Below, in pieces: positions 40,619-51,747 of a DNA stretch of 64,000 bases (its first letter is position 1; each line of letters opens with the position of its first letter). The notes under the pieces are model-generated. The model was not told the DNA's origin, ran no database searches, and worked only from the letters and a program-made list of their open reading frames with translations. This DNA comes from Eledone cirrhosa (taxonomy: Eukaryota), in NCBI GenBank assembly GCA_964016885.1, contig OZ024750.1, positions 9,114,001 to 9,178,000 on the forward strand. Reading direction: 5' to 3'. The translations under genes and the position numbers were made by a program.

Positions 40619-40799
40619 CGAAGGAGTTGTGGTAAGGAACCAGATGGACCATAACGCACCAGAGTACTTAATACTTAGGATAGTAGAGTGGGTAATAGGA
40701 AAATGTATGACCCCAACAGCAGAGCTCAACCCGTTTCGAGGTTAGAAATAGCTGTCGAAACGGCTTGAGCTCTGCCGTCGGTGTCATACATTTTCCTAT
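40618..40799 (-). mobile_element. Hairpin-plus-tail element, subfamily A
   Basis: Tail 40618-40695, inverted repeat aggaaaatgtatgac...gtcatacattttcct at 40696-40799, (TA)n on the left. Confidence 0.75.
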
Positions 40800-40800
40800 G

Positions 40801-40965
40801 CCCGACCCCTCACGGTACAAGCCGAAGCTTCATACAGAATACCCGACCCTCCACGGGTACAAGTCAAAGCTTAATACAGAATACCTGACCCCCCATGGGT
40901 ACAAGCCGAAGCAAATACAGAATACTCGACCTCCCCCACGGGTACAAGCCGAAGCTGAAGCATAT
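40801..40965. repeat. ~41-bp tandem repeat, 4 copies
   Basis: cccgaccc.ccacgggtacaagccgaagc..aatacagaata. Confidence 0.85.
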
Positions 40966-40974
40966 AGACAATAT

Positions 40975-41265
40975 GCCCCACACCTTCCCACTGGAAAGTG
41001 GTCGTGGAGGTGCCACGGTAAAAAAGCACCCAGCCCACACTGTAAAGTGGACGTGTAGGCACCATGGAAAAAAAGCACCCAGCACTCACTGTAAATGAGG
41101 TTGGTGTTAGGAAGGGCATCCAGCTGTAGAAATTAAGCCAGAATCAGTTCCCGTATGAGCAAGACAAGGTCAGCCGACCGGACACTGCCCTCAACAAGAC
41201 AACCCGTCTAACCCATGCTAGCGTGGAAGAACGGATGTAAAACGGTGATGATGACGATGATGATG
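40975..41265 (+). mobile_element. Meta-domain SINE with RTE-like (GAT)n tail
   Basis: gttggtgttaggaagggcatccagctgtagaaa...ccgtctaacccatgctagcgtggaagaacggatgtaaaacggtgatgat. Confidence 0.8.
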
Positions 41266-41380
41266 ATATATATATATATATATTATAGTTAAAACAAAAA
41301 ACAAAGCGAAGAGTGCATAACAAAGTGTTAGTATTAGATTCATGCTTGAGAGTGAGGGGTGGGGGACACCATATATATAT

Positions 41381-41470
41381 ATGATGAAGGATTTCTGTCC
41401 GAAACGTTGAACCCTCCCCATTTCCTCCGAGCGTGAATCTAATATAACTGTATTTTTGTATTATACATGA
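41381..41470 (+). ncRNA. Second minimal hammerhead-like motif, probable Penelope pLTR remnant
   Basis: aTGATGA-a-GGAT(ttct)GTCC-GAAA-CG-TT directly after (TA)n. A related tail lies in inverted orientation at 41285-41370. Confidence 0.55.
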
Positions 41471-42054
41471 CAAGAAAGAACTTTACAAGAAATCTCAAAC
41501 GTTATAAAACAGATAGGATGGTTTGGGGTCTCAAAAAGTAAACTAAACGACTAATTCTGGGGGTTTTTTTAAATCAAGGGAGACAACATAGCAAACATTT
41601 TCGATTCCTCCTTCTCCGCTTATTCCACCCTTTCTATTATTTGTGAACCGAGATTTAGTATAAAACTTGTATTAATCTCTCAGCTATTCTGCAATATTCC
41701 TGACCAAGGGACACAACTCTGCTGACTTAATTAAATGTTTGTCAGTGGGAGATAATTCTATCTTTTAAGCAAAACCTTTTTGTTAGTGAAGAAATAAAAT
41801 TTAATGTATATAACCGTTTATATCGAATACCTCACTACTTTATGAGATATAATCAAGTGTTGTTAAAATAAAGTACCAGTAATGTACTGGGGAATTACTG
41901 GCCTTGTGCCAATAGTAGAAACAGTTATTTAAAATCTTGTAAAACAAGATAAAGAAACGCACACACACATATACGTACATACACACACGTTGGAATGGCA
42001 TTAAATAATTTGAACTCAGAACATAAAGGGACGTAACTATATGCCATAAAGTAT

Positions 42055-42220
42055 AATTGTTTCTATTTTATTCACAAGGCCAGCAATTACCCAGTACATT
42101 ACTGGTACTTTATTTTATCGACCCCGTAAGGATGAAAGGCAAAGTTAACCTCGGCCGGATTTGAACTCAGATCGTAAAGGGACGTAACTATGATGGAAAG
42201 CATGTCCGACCCTCTACCGA
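42055..42220 (-). mobile_element. SINE family 1, short form
   Basis: Near-identical to the copies at 45123-45298, 52820-53000 and 54230-54410. Confidence 0.85.
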
Positions 42221-42633
42221 TATAATAAAGACACCTTTATTTTTTTTTCCATGCCGTATTTATATGTTTGGCTTTCTGAATGCCACACCTAATTTTAAAA
42301 TTGCTTCGAAGGCCTTTCTTATAGTGAGCCACATCATATGTGGCCCACTGCTCGTAAAATATTGCCCATGCTTGATTTAATCCATACCTTATGAGTGAAA
42401 TTGGGTAGACAGATATGATTTAGAAGCCCATTGGATAGACTGTAGCTGCAATTCAAAAGGACAAGCCTTGTTACAGACTATATCTCACTGTATCTCTCTA
42501 AGAATTACGTTAAGGGTATAAGTATCTGTGGAATACTCAACCACTCACACGTTAATTTCACGTGTCGTCTGCTTGTTCGAACAACTGGAACATTTAGTGT
42601 CGAAAGCGGCAGATATTTATTTAATACCATTCC

Positions 42634-42667
<34 letters not shown>

Positions 42668-43004
42668 CCCGTTCCAAACAGGCGAACGAGTTACGTTCAT
42701 GTGACCTACACGTGAGATACACGTGCTATCATCTCCGGACCAACGCCTGTGAACAATGACGAATTATTGGGTTCAGTCTTGGGCCATACTGGGGCACCAC
42801 CTCGATTTGATTAAGTCGCAGATCTTTTCAGAAATCCTGTGGCTTACCGTCGTATGGATATGAAAGTTGTGTTTATGATTTAAGGATCAGCAAATACATT
42901 GATAAAACTAGCGTAAATCTCCCCCTCCCCCATGTCCTCCTCCTCTACCTCCTTCCCCCCTCCTCTCCTTGATCTCAGATGGGGAAACGAGTCACTCCGT
43001 TCCA

Positions 43005-43268
43005 GACAGCTCACTATTGCCTCAATAGAAATACAGCTAGACTATTATCCTCTAAAACAAGTAAGAATAAACACACAAAACACTTTTGTCTTCGATGTCT
43101 AAATTCATTTACGCCGGAAGAGACATTAACAAAAATATTAGAGTTGCCAGAAAAATGGTTCAACCTTGGCGTTCAATAATTACAACAGATCAATGATAGT
43201 ATCTTTTATTGTGTATCAATAATAGTATCTTTTATTGTGTATGCTGACTTTGAATCATTTATCAAACA
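43005..43268 (+). pseudogene. Maverick/Polinton (adintovirus-like) protein-primed DNA polymerase B fragment
   Basis: HYCLNRNTARLLSSKTSKNKHTKHFCLRCLNSF, then FIVYADFESFIK (Exo I-type motif) at about 43231-43266. Truncated and disrupted by a stop. Confidence 0.75.
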
Positions 43269-43418
43269 GACATTAATACTAGACATTAATTAACTAATTC
43301 CTGATGATTAACTAATTAATTACCATTAACATTAATTAACTAATTCCTGATGATTTCACACGGGAATGAAACAGTTCTAGTCCTGTAAAAGTAATTTCTC
43401 TTTCACTCTATTTCTTCC

Positions 43419-43467
<49 letters not shown>

Positions 43468-43690
43468 TATTTTCTTTTACAGTCGATCGACTTTCGTCGA
43501 ATCGGACCGAGGAAACAATGTTTGATTTGGTTTTTTCCAATTTCTAATACTATCTATCCGTCGCAACTCCAGGTAGAAGGAGCAACGGGAAATAAAGTGT
43601 CTTGCTGAAGGACATAACGCATCATCCGGTCCGGGAATCGAACTCACAATTGAGAATCCAATTCTCTAACCGCTCAGCAAGGCGCCTTCA

Positions 43691-43729
<39 letters not shown>

Positions 43730-44619
43730 TAGATAGATAGATATATATATATAGATATGTTTATCTCGGGTTCAATCGGGGGGGGGGGGGGGGGTAACCA
43801 CAGTAAGTAAGGTATTCAATACATAGCAGAGTATAAATATTTAATATAGAAATGGCTTCTACAGGAATAGAACTGTTTCATTCGGGAGAAATAATCAGGA
43901 AGTTCTAGTGATGTAGAAGTTATTTCTATATTAAATATATACATACTTATATATATATATATATGTGTGTGTGTGTATAGAGGGGGAGGGAGAGAAAGAA
44001 GAGAAGGAGAGAGAGAGAGAAACATACAAAAGATATAAAGATATACCGAGGAAACGTCTGTTACACAGGCATCGTGCTGTAAGTCATTTTCAAGATGTCT
44101 GACCTTGAAAATTCTTAACAGAAATTACGAGTGGTGATGTGAACATCTGCTCGTTATTTTCCTGTCAACGATTATGTTTTACTAATATTTATTATTGAGT
44201 CTCTACTGCTTTTTTATTTACTGGTCTCTTTCATGGTGCTACTACGGACACTTGAATGTATCTGAGAAACTTCACGTAGTTCACAGCCATCATGCTTAAA
44301 CTGGAATAAATCTTCTCAAGTCATTTGCATTCGTTTGACAATGAAGATCAAATATGCTAACGTTTAATATTTATATAGAAGATGACAATAGAATATCTTA
44401 TTTTCTTTTCTTTATATATTATTATTTTTCATGTTTCACAATCGATTTCTATCACTCTCAATTTCATAATTTCAGAATGCAAATATATCGATGGTAGAAA
44501 TGGTAAAACAAAAAAAGTCAGCCATTTTTCTAACCTTCTGTTATACATTTGCATATATTTATATATTTATAAATTTAAACACACAAATGCATATATGTAC
44601 ACCCCCCCCCCCTCCTATA

Positions 44620-44651
<32 letters not shown>

Positions 44652-44653
<2 letters not shown>

Positions 44654-44848
44654 GGAAAAGCGTCAGGACACCGACGGCTGAGATCCGGCCGTTTCGACAG
44701 CTAGTTCTGAACTCGGATCTAGCTGTCGAAACGACCGGAGCTCAGCCGTCGGGGTCCTGACTATTTTCCTTTTATCCACTCTACTACCTTAAGTATCGAG
44801 TACTCTGGTGCATTATGGTCCACCTGGTATCTTACCACACCGTCTTTG

Positions 44849-44850
<2 letters not shown>
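44652..44850 (+). mobile_element. Hairpin-plus-tail element, subfamily A
   Basis: Inverted repeat 44653-44770, tail to 44850, (TA)n on both sides. Confidence 0.8.
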
Positions 44851-44898
<48 letters not shown>

Positions 44899-44903
<5 letters not shown>

Positions 44904-45090
44904 AGTAAGTAAGACCCCGACGGCTGAGCTTAAGCCGTTTCGACGGCTAATTCAGTACAGAATTAGCCGTCGAAACGGCTTGAGCTCAGCCGTCGGGGTC
45001 TTACTTACTCCTATTACCCACTCTACTACCCTAAGTATTGAGTACTTTGGTGCGTTATGGTCCACCTGGTTCCTTACCACTTTTCCCTCG

Positions 45091-45091
<1 letters not shown>
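44899..45091 (+). mobile_element. Hairpin-plus-tail element, subfamily A
   Basis: Near-perfect inverted repeat 44899-45014, tail to 45091, (TA)n on both sides. Confidence 0.8.
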
Positions 45092-45122
<31 letters not shown>

Positions 45123-45124
<2 letters not shown>

Positions 45125-45298
45125 GTTTCTACTTTAGGCACAAGGCCAGCAATAACCCAGTTCATTACTGGTACTTTATTTTATCGACCCCGTAAGGATG
45201 AAAGGCAAAGTCAACCTCGGCGGGATTTGAACTCAGATCGTAAAGGGACGTAAGTATGCTGGAAAGCATGGCGTCCGACCCTCTACCGATACTGCCAA
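45123..45298 (-). mobile_element. SINE family 1, short form
   Basis: A/B boxes and central domain. Confidence 0.85.
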
Positions 45299-45304
45299 TA
45301 TATC

Positions 45305-45500
45305 GGGATGAAATCAGTTTGAAACTGGTTAGGCTATTACTCAACCGAGTACTCTATACTTGGGGTAGTAGAGTATGGTTTTATAATAAAGAGTCAGTAC
45401 CCCGACAGCTGAGCCCTTGGTGTCTGAACAGCTAGTTCTAGTCTGGAACTAGCTGTTGAAACGGCAAGAGCTCAGCCGTTGGGTCTCTCGCTTTTTCATA
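45305..45500 (-). mobile_element. Hairpin-plus-tail element, subfamily B
   Basis: Tail matches 25908-25990. Inverted repeat about 45385-45500 centred on ctagttc-tagtctg-gaactag. Confidence 0.75.
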
Positions 45501-45596
45501 TATGTTGAGAGCTATTAGAATGAATGCCGATATTTGTTTGATTTGTGTGCGTGTTGGTGTGTGCATATATATATATGACCCTCCCCAAGTATAACA

Positions 45597-45647
<51 letters not shown>

Positions 45648-45649
<2 letters not shown>

Positions 45650-45841
45650 AATGAAGTAATTCCGTCGGAAAGGTCCAGGAAAAAAAAGTGCTCTATGTAG
45701 GTTACAGAGCTTAATAGTTATGTAATAAACAACATAAGATAATTATTTCATTCGCCAGTGGTTTCCCGAAAGCAAATTTTGTTTGCTTTCGGGAAACCAC
45801 TGGCGAATGAAATAATTATCTTATGTTGTTTATTACATAAC

Positions 45842-45845
<4 letters not shown>
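45648..45845 (-). mobile_element. Divergent hairpin-plus-tail element with a perfect 63-bp palindrome
   Basis: Arms 45714-45776 and 45782-45844, loop ttttg, GTTTC/GAAAC core, tail 45648-45713 with aagtgctctat, (TA)n flanks. Confidence 0.6.
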
Positions 45846-45874
<29 letters not shown>

Positions 45875-45909
45875 GCATGCATGTGTGTATGTATATTTAT
45901 ATATGTATG

Positions 45910-45949
<40 letters not shown>

Positions 45950-47525
45950 CCAGGGAATATCTTAGTCAATGTATTTTTTTATTTTAGACGGTAAGGTATG
46001 ATATGAAAGATATCTGATATATATGATATTTTCTTGGTTTTATTTAACACAAACGTTCTTAAATAAGGAAATCAACCAGTTATGTGATCGAACATCGAAT
46101 ACATCATCTTACTACATCTTGGAATGACATAAAATCACTTTCGCGTGATTTCATTTTAATAAACTCATAGAAAACCAAAAGTCATCCGAAATTAAAATTT
46201 CTAGATCTAATGAAATTATAGAAAATTATATCTCTTCCCATATTGTCCAACACAATTATGACTTTTTAAAAGTTTTTATTCAATCTGAATTACAATCTCT
46301 GATATTTATGCTAGACTGGTTTCTAACTAAACCATAATTACTGGTTCCATTGGTATAATATTCTTCGATGTAGCAACACAAGTTTATTAGTCATATTTCT
46401 TTTAATTTAAATTTATTTTGGATTCTGATTCATATATTTAAAATTTTATATCAATGATATAGTTATTGGTAGAATTATAGATTATAGATCCTGAAATAGC
46501 CATGCCAAGGCGGGAACCTCACGTGTTTCTGTAGCTCTGGCTAATTCAAGTTAACCTGGCATAAACTAATTTTAGAAAGACGAAAGAAACAAAAAAATCT
46601 GCAATTACTTTCATTGATAGTTTGTATCTATTGATTCCTCTATTTCCGCCAATGTTATGGTTAATCGATAACAGATTTACCCAACATTAATTAGAATAAA
46701 GTCGATAACAACCTGGAAAGTTATTTTGTTCTTTTTATACTTTATTTTTCTCAATGAAAGAAATTTTAACAAAAAACAAGCAGAGAAAGTAAATTGCCTG
46801 ACTGAAGTAATAGCAGAATATGGAGAGACATTCTTTATATTTCTTTAACTAAACTATAGAATTAATTTGTCTTATCCTTATCATTATCATTGCAGCTGAT
46901 GTTATTTTTATTGTAATTTGGCTCCGGTCAACTCTTCCTCTTGAGTTTCAAGGTTGGTTGACCTGGTTGAAACTTCTTACTTAATTTCTGGATGGTGGTG
47001 GCGGTGGTGAGTGGGGGGGGGGGGGACGAAACAAACTGTTTAAACCAAGAAATTAAAGAATCATATAATAAGTTGACACAATCATGACGGAAGCCGATCT
47101 AAAGTCTCAAATCTTTATCTTGAGCCTCATGCTTGGTTGTGTCCGTTGACACTTCTTACTTAATTTCTGGGAAAAAAAAGAACAAATTGTTAAAACTAAG
47201 AATATAAAGAATCGTATAAAAGTTATTAACACAATCATGATGGGAGCAGATTTAAAGACTCAATCTTAAGCAATACGAAGTTATTTATTGTAAATAAATA
47301 TGTCACTGATGCCTTTAGAAAATGTCTAAAACAAAGAAAATATATTGCTTTAAAATGAAATATTGATCCTATACTTACATTGAGGCCTATTTTGTGTTTT
47401 ACTCAGTCAGTTTTTACTGCTATTTTAAACCCATTATATCATTAAATAGAGCTTGTTGTGAGATCTTACACCATTAATTATTTTAACAATTAATTATTTT
47501 TTCTCTTCCATTCAGATCAAAAGTT

Positions 47526-48191
47526 ATGGAAAGAAATGAAGAAAAGGACCAAGTTGAAGATCGTATGTTGGAGCCGAGAAGAAACAAAAGACTGGGAAAT
47601 GCTGTTTCTTACACTCCCAAGAAGAAACATAAGGTTGTGGATAAACCATTTCTCGAATCTGTGGAGAGTTTCGGGGAAATAAATCAACCTAGGAGCCTTA
47701 CCAAAGAAGAGAAGCAGGATATTCTCTCTGTACAAGCAAAATTTTGTCATGAACATGTTGTGCTACACAGCAATAAAATACCTGGGTGTATGAAGAAGAA
47801 TGCAAATCTGAACTATGAGTACAACAAACTACACGTCTTTCCAATCATTTGTTCTATGGCAAGAGAAAGAGGTCATGAGGTCACCTTTTCTCTACCGCAT
47901 CATTCCGATTTGCAGCCAATCGAGCTCGTATGGGCCATTATCAAGGGAGAAATGGGAAGACAGTACACCACAAACACCACCTTCAAGCAAGTGCTGGCAT
48001 GACTGTATATACCATTTCAGAATCGGGAGAGCAAAACAGTCCAAGGATGCATTAACAAGGCTAATTCTCATCTGAACAAGCTTTACGAGCATATTAGAGC
48101 CTTTGAAGACGATGAAGAGTCCGAAGATGAAATCAGTGATGGTGAAAGTGTTACTTCAGGCAGCAGTGATGAAGATAACTTTAATAAATGA
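47526..48191 (+). pseudogene. Decayed IS630/Tc1-mariner (DDE_3-type) transposase
   Basis: GHEVTFSLPHHSDLQPIELVWAIIKG is the PxxSPDLNPIExxW-type third catalytic motif. After TGA at 48000-48002 the frame continues (LYIPFQNRESKTVQGCINKANSHL...acidic tail) to a stop at 48191. The central DD region is missing. Confidence 0.8.
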
Positions 48192-49414
48192 TAAAATACT
48201 CTACTTATGACTCTGCTTTCTTTTATTTTTTCTCAAAATTGAAAAACTTTCATAACTTTTGAACCAGAATTGCAAAACTACCAAACTATAGTTTATTCTA
48301 CTCGTCAAAACTATATTTATCTCCCTAAAATCACTTTATTGTTTTAATGAAAGGAAGGGCACATGGGGTAGTGTTGTTCTAGAGGCACTGCGACTGAAAG
48401 AAAACGGATGATCAGAATTCATCACAGCTTTGCTAAACTAAGAATGACTGTGACTGAGCAACAACAACTATCCCTCGCCTGCCGGCAAAATTTCAACAGT
48501 ATTTAAATTTAAAACCACGCGCCGATGACATTTTTTAAAAACCGACACGAGAAAAAAAAATTTAAATGTAACAGCTAAATTTCCACCAATATTCAGACAT
48601 TAAAATGGAAACCATATCTTTTAAGTTTAAAGATAACATTCCTACAATCGTGACAGTATGGAGGTTTGAACCTGTAGTTAATTATTCAGAGATGCCATTA
48701 GCTTGAAAAGCAATAATTATGTAAAATGCAAAACATATTATACAGTAAACAAAAGAATATCTAATTTGGAATACTTTAGCATAATGTCTAATGTTATTTT
48801 AATCACATCTAAAAAGTATCAGTGAAAATTGTCAAAAATGGTAGCCGTGTCATAGACATGTTTTGTCTTGTATATATAGACTATTTTTAGATTTTCATCA
48901 CCGCTCACTTGCCCCCCCCCCCCCCCCCCCCTCTGGTTTCATGAAATGTCACGAAAAAATATAATGGTTTTGATTTGAAACTGCAATCAACCAAACATAG
49001 TGACTTATGAAATGACGTATCTCCAATCGTATTTCAAAATATTCCTTTTACAAATAATATTGAGAAGATAACGAACTTAAGAATTACAGTTACCAATCCT
49101 TTGAAATCATGTCACGTTTCACCCGAGATGTTATCGTCTTTATAATCTCATTAATATGTTTGCCAAAATATTCTATTCACAAGACCACATAACGATTTCC
49201 GGCAGCAGTTGTATTGCAGTTATTGGCGCCAAAATATATATTGTATTTAATGCAGTTCAAGGTAGAATTATTCTTTTCTAAGATTTTACACTTTTTGCTT
49301 TATTTGCATCTTTAGATAGAAATGTTGTGACCTAAAGCCGAATGAAATCTGTTGCATATTTTGGTATAACTTACATAAAATATTTGTGACGTTAATGTTG
49401 GTAGTGGTAGTAAT

Positions 49415-49548
49415 AATTGTTTCTACATTTGGCACAAGGCCAGCAATTATCCCAATGCATTACTGGTACTTTATTTGATCGACCCCGTAAGGATGAAAGG
49501 CAAAGTTAACCTCGGCGGGATTTGAACTCAGACCATAAAGGGACGTAA
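49415..49548 (-). mobile_element. SINE family 1, 5'-truncated
   Basis: Central domain and B box. Confidence 0.8.
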
Positions 49549-49700
49549 CGTAGTGGTAGTAATAATGATGAGATTGATAAGGGTGGCGTCAATAGTGATG
49601 ACGGCGATGATGATGATAATATTGGTGACGAGGAGGATGTTAATTGAAACATTATATATAGGTGGACCAACAGTAACTTGGCATTACAATCCCTATATAT

Positions 49701-49776
49701 ATAATTATGTGAGGTAAAGCCTTTACTGCGAAAATATAACAACATATATAGAGTAATATAAATGCTAAAGGGTTAA
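49701..49776 (+). mobile_element. Right half of MITE M1
   Basis: ataattatgtgaggtaaagcc...TAAATGCTAAAGGG-TTAA. Confidence 0.7.
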
Positions 49777-51349
49777 ACATTCTCTCAATCATTCCCCGTC
49801 AGAATTGCATCCCACTGGAAATTCCTTCACACACACACATATTTCCTACAAGTATCAGCCCAAGCCCAGTTTAATTTACTCTGAATAAATGAAAATAATA
49901 CTTAATGTTTTTATATGAAACAATATACCTACAACAAGGAAACAAAACGAAGATTAATTAATATAGAACAGTTATTCTTTTTTCACCAGATTTCAAATAT
50001 TATGCGATTTTATAAAATTAAGACAAACATGTTAATAGTCATCTTCATATTAATCATTATAAATATTTTACAAGGCTGTCAAGCTTTGCATTTTGTCTGT
50101 TTAATTGTTTTTGTTGTCTGGTAATAAACTATAATAAATGAATTGAAGCACGAATAGGAAGATAAAAAAAAATATCGTCTGGTGTATTTTTATTTTATTT
50201 TTATTTTGTATTTTGACAAGAATACACATTTGTAAATGATAGACAAATGTTGCATTGGTTTAGAGTATTTTAGTTCAATTCTAATACACATTTGTGTACT
50301 AGAATTGTTACGTTGGTTTGGAGTATTTTGGTTCAATTCCTCTCACTGTATTTATTAGTGGTTAAAAATCTCTCAGAAGAGCTGGACAGCAGAAGGTCTT
50401 TAGAGAAGACAATATATTTTATATTTTATATTTTATATTTTTCACTAAATATAATCACTAAAGATTATCACCCATTGAAGTTCTTATCAACAAAATTAAA
50501 CCAATTTTCTGGGTCTATGCTGAAAAATAAATCTCATTTGGTCATTCCTTGAGAGTATCTTGGTCAGCCTATGAAATTTTCAGTTGACCCTCTATATCCC
50601 TTGGGGTATTTAGAGCAACACTTAGTATATTGGAGAGAGAGAAGTGTTGATGACTTTTCTTCAATAAAAGCATGTTTTCAATGGACAACTAAATAAGTCA
50701 ATAAGTTTCTTTCACTCAATGATCAGGGCCACTAAATAGCTGGTTGGAAATTTTATATTTGAACATTATATAAGCCGTTTTCAGAATCGATGACGTTGTT
50801 AGTTGAGCGAACTTTGAGGATCGTCTTACTAAAGTGTTTTATTGATCTCAAGATACGAATTTCTTTGTTTGTTTGTTTTAGATTTTATATATCCACACAA
50901 ACAAAACCACACAAGCTTGACATGTATGTCTCCAACCATATGTTTGAACATATACGTGTGTTTACATATAACACTATACGAGGGTGTTTGAGCATCCTCC
51001 AGAGTGCAAGGTTTATACAGATAACACATAATTTTATTTTATTGCTGTTGTATTCTCTGACACTAGAAAATAGACAGATGGTTGCTGTAACAACTTTTTA
51101 AATGACCGATGGGAATATTTGGAAGCAGTAGGGGAAGAATTTACGTAAATTATGTGTTTGAATCACACTAGTTTGATGGACTCATTCCCTTGTGTATGGA
51201 TTTGTACAAATACCATTCACGTAATTACTGTCAATAGAAGTAGCACCCCCCCACCCGAAAAAATATCAAGTAAAATACTCCACTAATTTTAATATATTTT
51301 TTTTTCTATCGAGATTACAAACAAAATATAATGGTTTGATGATGTACAG

Positions 51350-51550
51350 TATAATGGTTTCTGATTTAGGTACAAGGCCAATAGTTGAAAGTCGATTATA
51401 TCGACTCCAGTGTGTTATTAATACTTTATTTTATCGATCTCGTAAAGATGAAAGGCAAAGCTGACCTCGGTGGGATTTGAACTAAGAACGTTAGAATGTC
51501 GTAACTAAATACTACAAAGCATTATGGCTGATACTCTACTGATTCTGCCT
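51350..51550 (-). mobile_element. Diverged SINE family 1 copy
   Basis: Central domain and B box. Confidence 0.7.
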
Positions 51551-51747
51551 ATCAACCAACCAATTATGTTGCGTATATACCACTACTAACGTAACAAGAA
51601 TTTACCAGTCACATATTGAGGGATAGATAAGCAAAGTAATTCAGCTTACAAAATAGTTACTTATATATAGGAAAGGATTCATTATGATCATGTCTTGCCA
51701 TATCTATCTGTGTGTCTGCCTATTAATCTCTCTCTCTCTCTCTCTCT

